From assembly GCF_016903815.1 (NCBI RefSeq), contig NZ_CP069971.1: a stretch of 48,644 bases of DNA, one strand, 5' to 3'. Origin of the DNA: Escherichia coli. GTDB taxonomy: Bacteria > Pseudomonadota > Gammaproteobacteria > Enterobacterales > Enterobacteriaceae. This document shows positions 45,736-48,644 of the stretch, piece after piece (position 1 is the first letter of the stretch; every line of letters starts with the position of its first letter). Made by a program: the position numbers and the translations under genes. The notes under the pieces were generated by a model that saw only the letters and a program-made list of their open reading frames with translations, did no database searches and had not been told where the DNA came from.

Positions 45736-46100
45736 ATCACTCTCCTTTAGTACGCAAGTGGTTTTTCCAGCGGTTTTGCGCCGCGCTGCGCTTATCTTTG
45801 ACTCCCTCTCTGGCAATTCCAGAAAATGAAAACAACACCACACGGCGATTGCTAACTCTCAACCACTGGCTGGGGTAGCAAAGTCTGTATACACGGGAAA
45901 TAAGCATCTTTGCTTTACGGTTTTTCATCGCTTTGCTCTCCTGCGTCTCTTTGCTGCTCGTCGTGCCGCTGCAATACCGGTATGGCGGCGCTTTGGTGCC
46001 GGGATGATGTTGTCAGCCATCAGGACATGTGGCTTTGCAATTAGCGCAGAAGCCCAAAAACGAGTCGGGTACGGTAACAAGCCGATACATGCCACACGCA

Positions 46101-46736
46101 TTACTCACCTCCTTTGATGCGAATGCCAGCGGCGCGTGGCACATTAACTTCCACGATACGCACTGTTGGTTTGTACATCTCAATCGCTGTCAGCCAGTCA
46201 GCTCCTGTCATGCGCTTTTCCGCATCGCCATTAGTCCACTGAACCGGTACACCAATAGCCTTCATCGCGATTTCTATTTCCCCGGCGATGGCGCTTTTTC
46301 CGCAACCAGTAAAACCAGAAACAACGACAAGAACTTCACCTTTGGCTGGTTTTATTTCCCGCGCTTCCAGTTCTGCTATGCGCTTACTTCCATCCGCGAT
46401 TACTCCCTCGTAATACTCGCGTTGCTCGTTGAGTTTTGATTTTGCTTCCTCAAGCTCAACACGCAGCTTCCCTACCGTTAGCGCAATATCCTCGTTCTCC
46501 TGGTCGCGGCGTTTGATGTATTGCTGGTTTCTTTCCCGTTCATCCAGCAGTGCCAGCACGGTTTCTGGTCCGGTCAGAAATTTGAAGGCGTTGAGCGCAT
46601 CAATATCCACACCGTAATCTTTAAGTTCCTGTTCACTTAACAAGTCATCATCAGCTGGCAACATTAACAGGCGTTCCATTGCTGGAGTTGCACGTTCCGC
46701 CACCTCACGCAGTGCCTGGTAATTAATTTCGCTCAC
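46101..46736 (-). CDS. hypothetical coiled-coil protein (possibly Ea22-like)
   Basis: 211 aa; MSEINYQALREVAERATP...; family guess from memory. Confidence 0.4.
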   Translation of the reverse strand: MSEINYQALREVAERATPAMERLLMLPADDDLLSEQELKDYGVDIDALNAFKFLTGPETVLALLDERERNQQYIKRRDQENEDIALTVGKLRVELEEAKSKLNEQREYYEGVIADGSKRIAELEAREIKPAKGEVLVVVSGFTGCGKSAIAGEIEIAMKAIGVPVQWTNGDAEKRMTGADWLTAIEMYKPTVRIVEVNVPRAAGIRIKGGE

Positions 46737-47007
46737 TGGCTGCCTCCTGCTTTTCTGCCTTCAACACCATGCGAGAACCATCATCCAGCTCCCACACTAT
46801 CTCACCACCTTCAGCCATGACCAGTTGCCACACCAATTGAGCAGCCTCATTGGTAACATCACGACCTGGATCATTGCCAACGCGCATACGTCCACCTTCA
46901 ACATCGCGCATTTTTGCCAGCATGATAGTTTTTGATAGCGGTGAAAAACCAAGCTGTAGCCGTGCGGAATTACTCACTGGTTGCCCCCTGAATACGTTTA
47001 AACTCAA
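46723..47007 (-). CDS. hypothetical small protein
   Basis: ORF overlapping both neighbours; start uncertain. Confidence 0.3.
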   Translation of the reverse strand: MSLNVFRGQPVSNSARLQLGFSPLSKTIMLAKMRDVEGGRMRVGNDPGRDVTNEAAQLVWQLVMAEGGEIVWELDDGSRMVLKAEKQEAASERN

Positions 47008-47576
47008 TTACCCATACCCACGGGTTAGATAGCCAGTTCTCTTGCCCGTAAATACCGCGCCAGATATCACCAAAGCCAACGCGATAAACCGCTTCCGGCG
47101 GTGTAATCTTGTACGTCGCCGGAGATGCGCCTTCCGCTTTAGCATCTGCCTCGCTCATGTCATGCAGCCGTTCCACACGCACGTCGGTAATTTCCAGCAA
47201 AATACGCGAAGCCCAGCGCGGCATGTGAATCGACGGGGTCCAGCCCTCAGCTGGCTTGCTACTATCGGAGTAATCAGCCTTGTAATCACACAGTTCAGAA
47301 GCCAGAGAGACACCATCTTTGATTTCCTGAATGACATCGTTATCCAGCCAAAAAGCGTTGAATGTTTCACGGACCCATATGCGATCACCAACGTTACCGA
47401 ACGGGCATAAACCATGTTCCGGTGCATCCATAACGTGGGTATAGACACCATTGCGTTTCTTTGTCGGTTTACGGATAACCAGGCAGTTATCGGCCCTGAC
47501 ATTTTTTACAGGTCGGCGAGTCTGCGTTTTCCTTCCTTCGAGGATGGCTCTGACCATCTCATCATTAAAAATCATG
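46970..47576 (-). CDS. hypothetical protein, possibly ASCH/PUA-like
   Basis: MIFNDEMVRAILEGRKTQTRRPV...; AAAGAG RBS before ATG 47576. Confidence 0.4.
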
Positions 47577-47595
47577 CCGCGCTCTTTCACCTTGC

Positions 47596-47961
47596 TCACT
47601 TCAACTCCTCCCGACGACGTTCCTGAAGCTCTAGCATTGCGGCTCGGAAATCCTGCCACCACTCCTCATCTGCAACGGGGGTGTTCCGCTCCAGCACCTT
47701 GTCCGCATCTGCGATCAGATTTGCCAGACTCTTGTCTGAAATCTTCGTTACCGGAGTCGTTGGTTGCTCAACCTGCCCGATAGGTTTTATCGTGCTCAAA
47801 AGGAGGCGACGGCTGGAAAGTGGCGACCCACAACGGCGCCCATCTTCCTTGCGATATGTTTCTTTCGGACCAACACACCAAGTTGTCGGCGTTTCGCGTA
47901 ACTTCACTTTTTTCTCACCATCAATGGTGATGATTATTCCGGTATGGGTTTTGATGCTCAT
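47596..47961 (-). CDS. hypothetical protein
   Basis: 121 aa ORF. Confidence 0.4.
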   Translation of the reverse strand: MSIKTHTGIIITIDGEKKVKLRETPTTWCVGPKETYRKEDGRRCGSPLSSRRLLLSTIKPIGQVEQPTTPVTKISDKSLANLIADADKVLERNTPVADEEWWQDFRAAMLELQERRREELK

Positions 47962-48260
47962 GCCACAGCCCCTCTCAACGGCTTAACTTTGGCTAATAAG
48001 GTGTTAAACAACATGGAGTTAGGGTTCATGCCAAATGGCAATTCCGGTTTAGCGGAGTAGTACAGGCAACCATTTATTTTCCTGGTTGTTATCTGTCCTT
48101 CGGCAACCATGCTTCTCAGTCTGCAACGCATAGAGTTCTGCGACACACCAATGTGCTCCGCGATTACGTCCACTTTTGAACATGGGTGATCGGTCAGGAA
48201 ATTAATCACATCTTGGGGGTTAATAATTTTGCGTTTCATTGTCGAGGCGTCCTTATACAT
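47958..48260 (-). CDS. putative winged-helix DNA-binding protein (PapI/FaeA-like)
   Basis: ...INFLTDHPCSKVDVIAEHIGVSQNSMRCRLRSMVAEGQITTRK... Confidence 0.4.
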   Translation of the reverse strand: MYKDASTMKRKIINPQDVINFLTDHPCSKVDVIAEHIGVSQNSMRCRLRSMVAEGQITTRKINGCLYYSAKPELPFGMNPNSMLFNTLLAKVKPLRGAVA

Positions 48261-48261
48261 T

Positions 48262-48285
48262 TATATAAATATATAATTCTATATA
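48262..48285. repeat. AT-rich palindromic site (tatataaatatataattctatata)
   Basis: Same motif family as the other seven copies. Confidence 0.45.
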
Positions 48286-48306
48286 CGGCGGGAGACATCC
48301 CGCCGT
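48285..48306. terminator. hairpin ACGGCGGGA-GACA-TCCCGCCGT
   Basis: Perfect 9-bp stem between two minus-strand genes; no clear T-run. Confidence 0.4.
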
Positions 48307-48316
48307 AGGCTTACTG

Positions 48317-48644
48317 TCAGGCTTTCAATAGCGATTCTTTCAGATATCGGGCATCAGCCAGGGCATTTGGAGTAATTTTGCGAATCCATGCATTACGGGT
48401 TGGACTCCACTTAAAGGCGCGTGATTTAAGCAGCGAACGAATGTTTGCCTCTGGTTTGCCAGGGAAATAAAACAGGATGCGGTTATCCTCTGGATCTATC
48501 TCCATAGAAAAGTCGTCGTATTCTTCGCGCTGTGCTCCTGTTACAGACTTGACCGATTCAAGCTCCTTAATACGGCTCTGTAGTCGTTTGATCTCGGCGT
48601 TATTGTTGCTCAGTACGTATGAAGGGAATCCGATGCGCCCAGAA
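48317..48644 (-). CDS. hypothetical protein, 5' end beyond the window
   Basis: The reading frame stays open from 48505 to the window end. Confidence 0.4.
   Translation of the reverse strand, partial: SGRIGFPSYVLSNNNAEIKRLQSRIKELESVKSVTGAQREEYDDFSMEIDPEDNRILFYFPGKPEANIRSLLKSRAFKWSPTRNAWIRKITPNALADARYLKESLLKA

Noticed and set aside
1-48644. Integrase, excisionase or att sites, transposases or IS elements
   Set aside because: No tyrosine or serine recombinase or transposase-like ORF and no long direct or inverted repeats marking element ends were seen; absence within the window does not exclude them elsewhere on the replicon.

Overview
The window reads as a near-continuous temperate phage genome that also carries plasmid-type maintenance functions, so it is most likely a phage-plasmid or a prophage built from such a mosaic. 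All calls rest on reading the six-frame translations and the DNA by eye; no database search was run, so family names are recalled motif matches, not search hits. From left to right: a lambdoid-style regulatory block on the minus strand (Q-like antiterminator, DUF1064-like, Cys/His-rich protein, Cro-like) facing a CI-like LexA-type repressor (3433-4089) across an operator-rich region; a ParA/ParG-like partition pair (4707-5652); an antirepressor locus with a long structured leader (6100-8151); a HigB/HigA-like toxin-antitoxin pair (10759-11411); an IncFII-type RepA with a CopA-like antisense RNA and an oriR-like region (12380-13848); a P2/Mu-like contractile tail module with two tail-fibre genes (14056-27862); a lambda-like head and terminase module (28153-36121); three ParB-like N-terminal-domain genes, one fused to a class-I SAM methyltransferase (36121-40001); small-gene operons; an MT-A70-type DNA methyltransferase with a tRNA(CAU) (41988-42959); a lysis cassette (43129-44735); and early-type small genes to the window end. 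No integrase, transposase or CRISPR array was seen. The strongest candidates for undescribed biology are the ParB-paralog/methyltransferase cluster, a ~110 bp promoter-leader cassette present in three near-identical copies, the unknown small-gene operons those cassettes drive, and a dispersed family of AT-rich palindromic sites.
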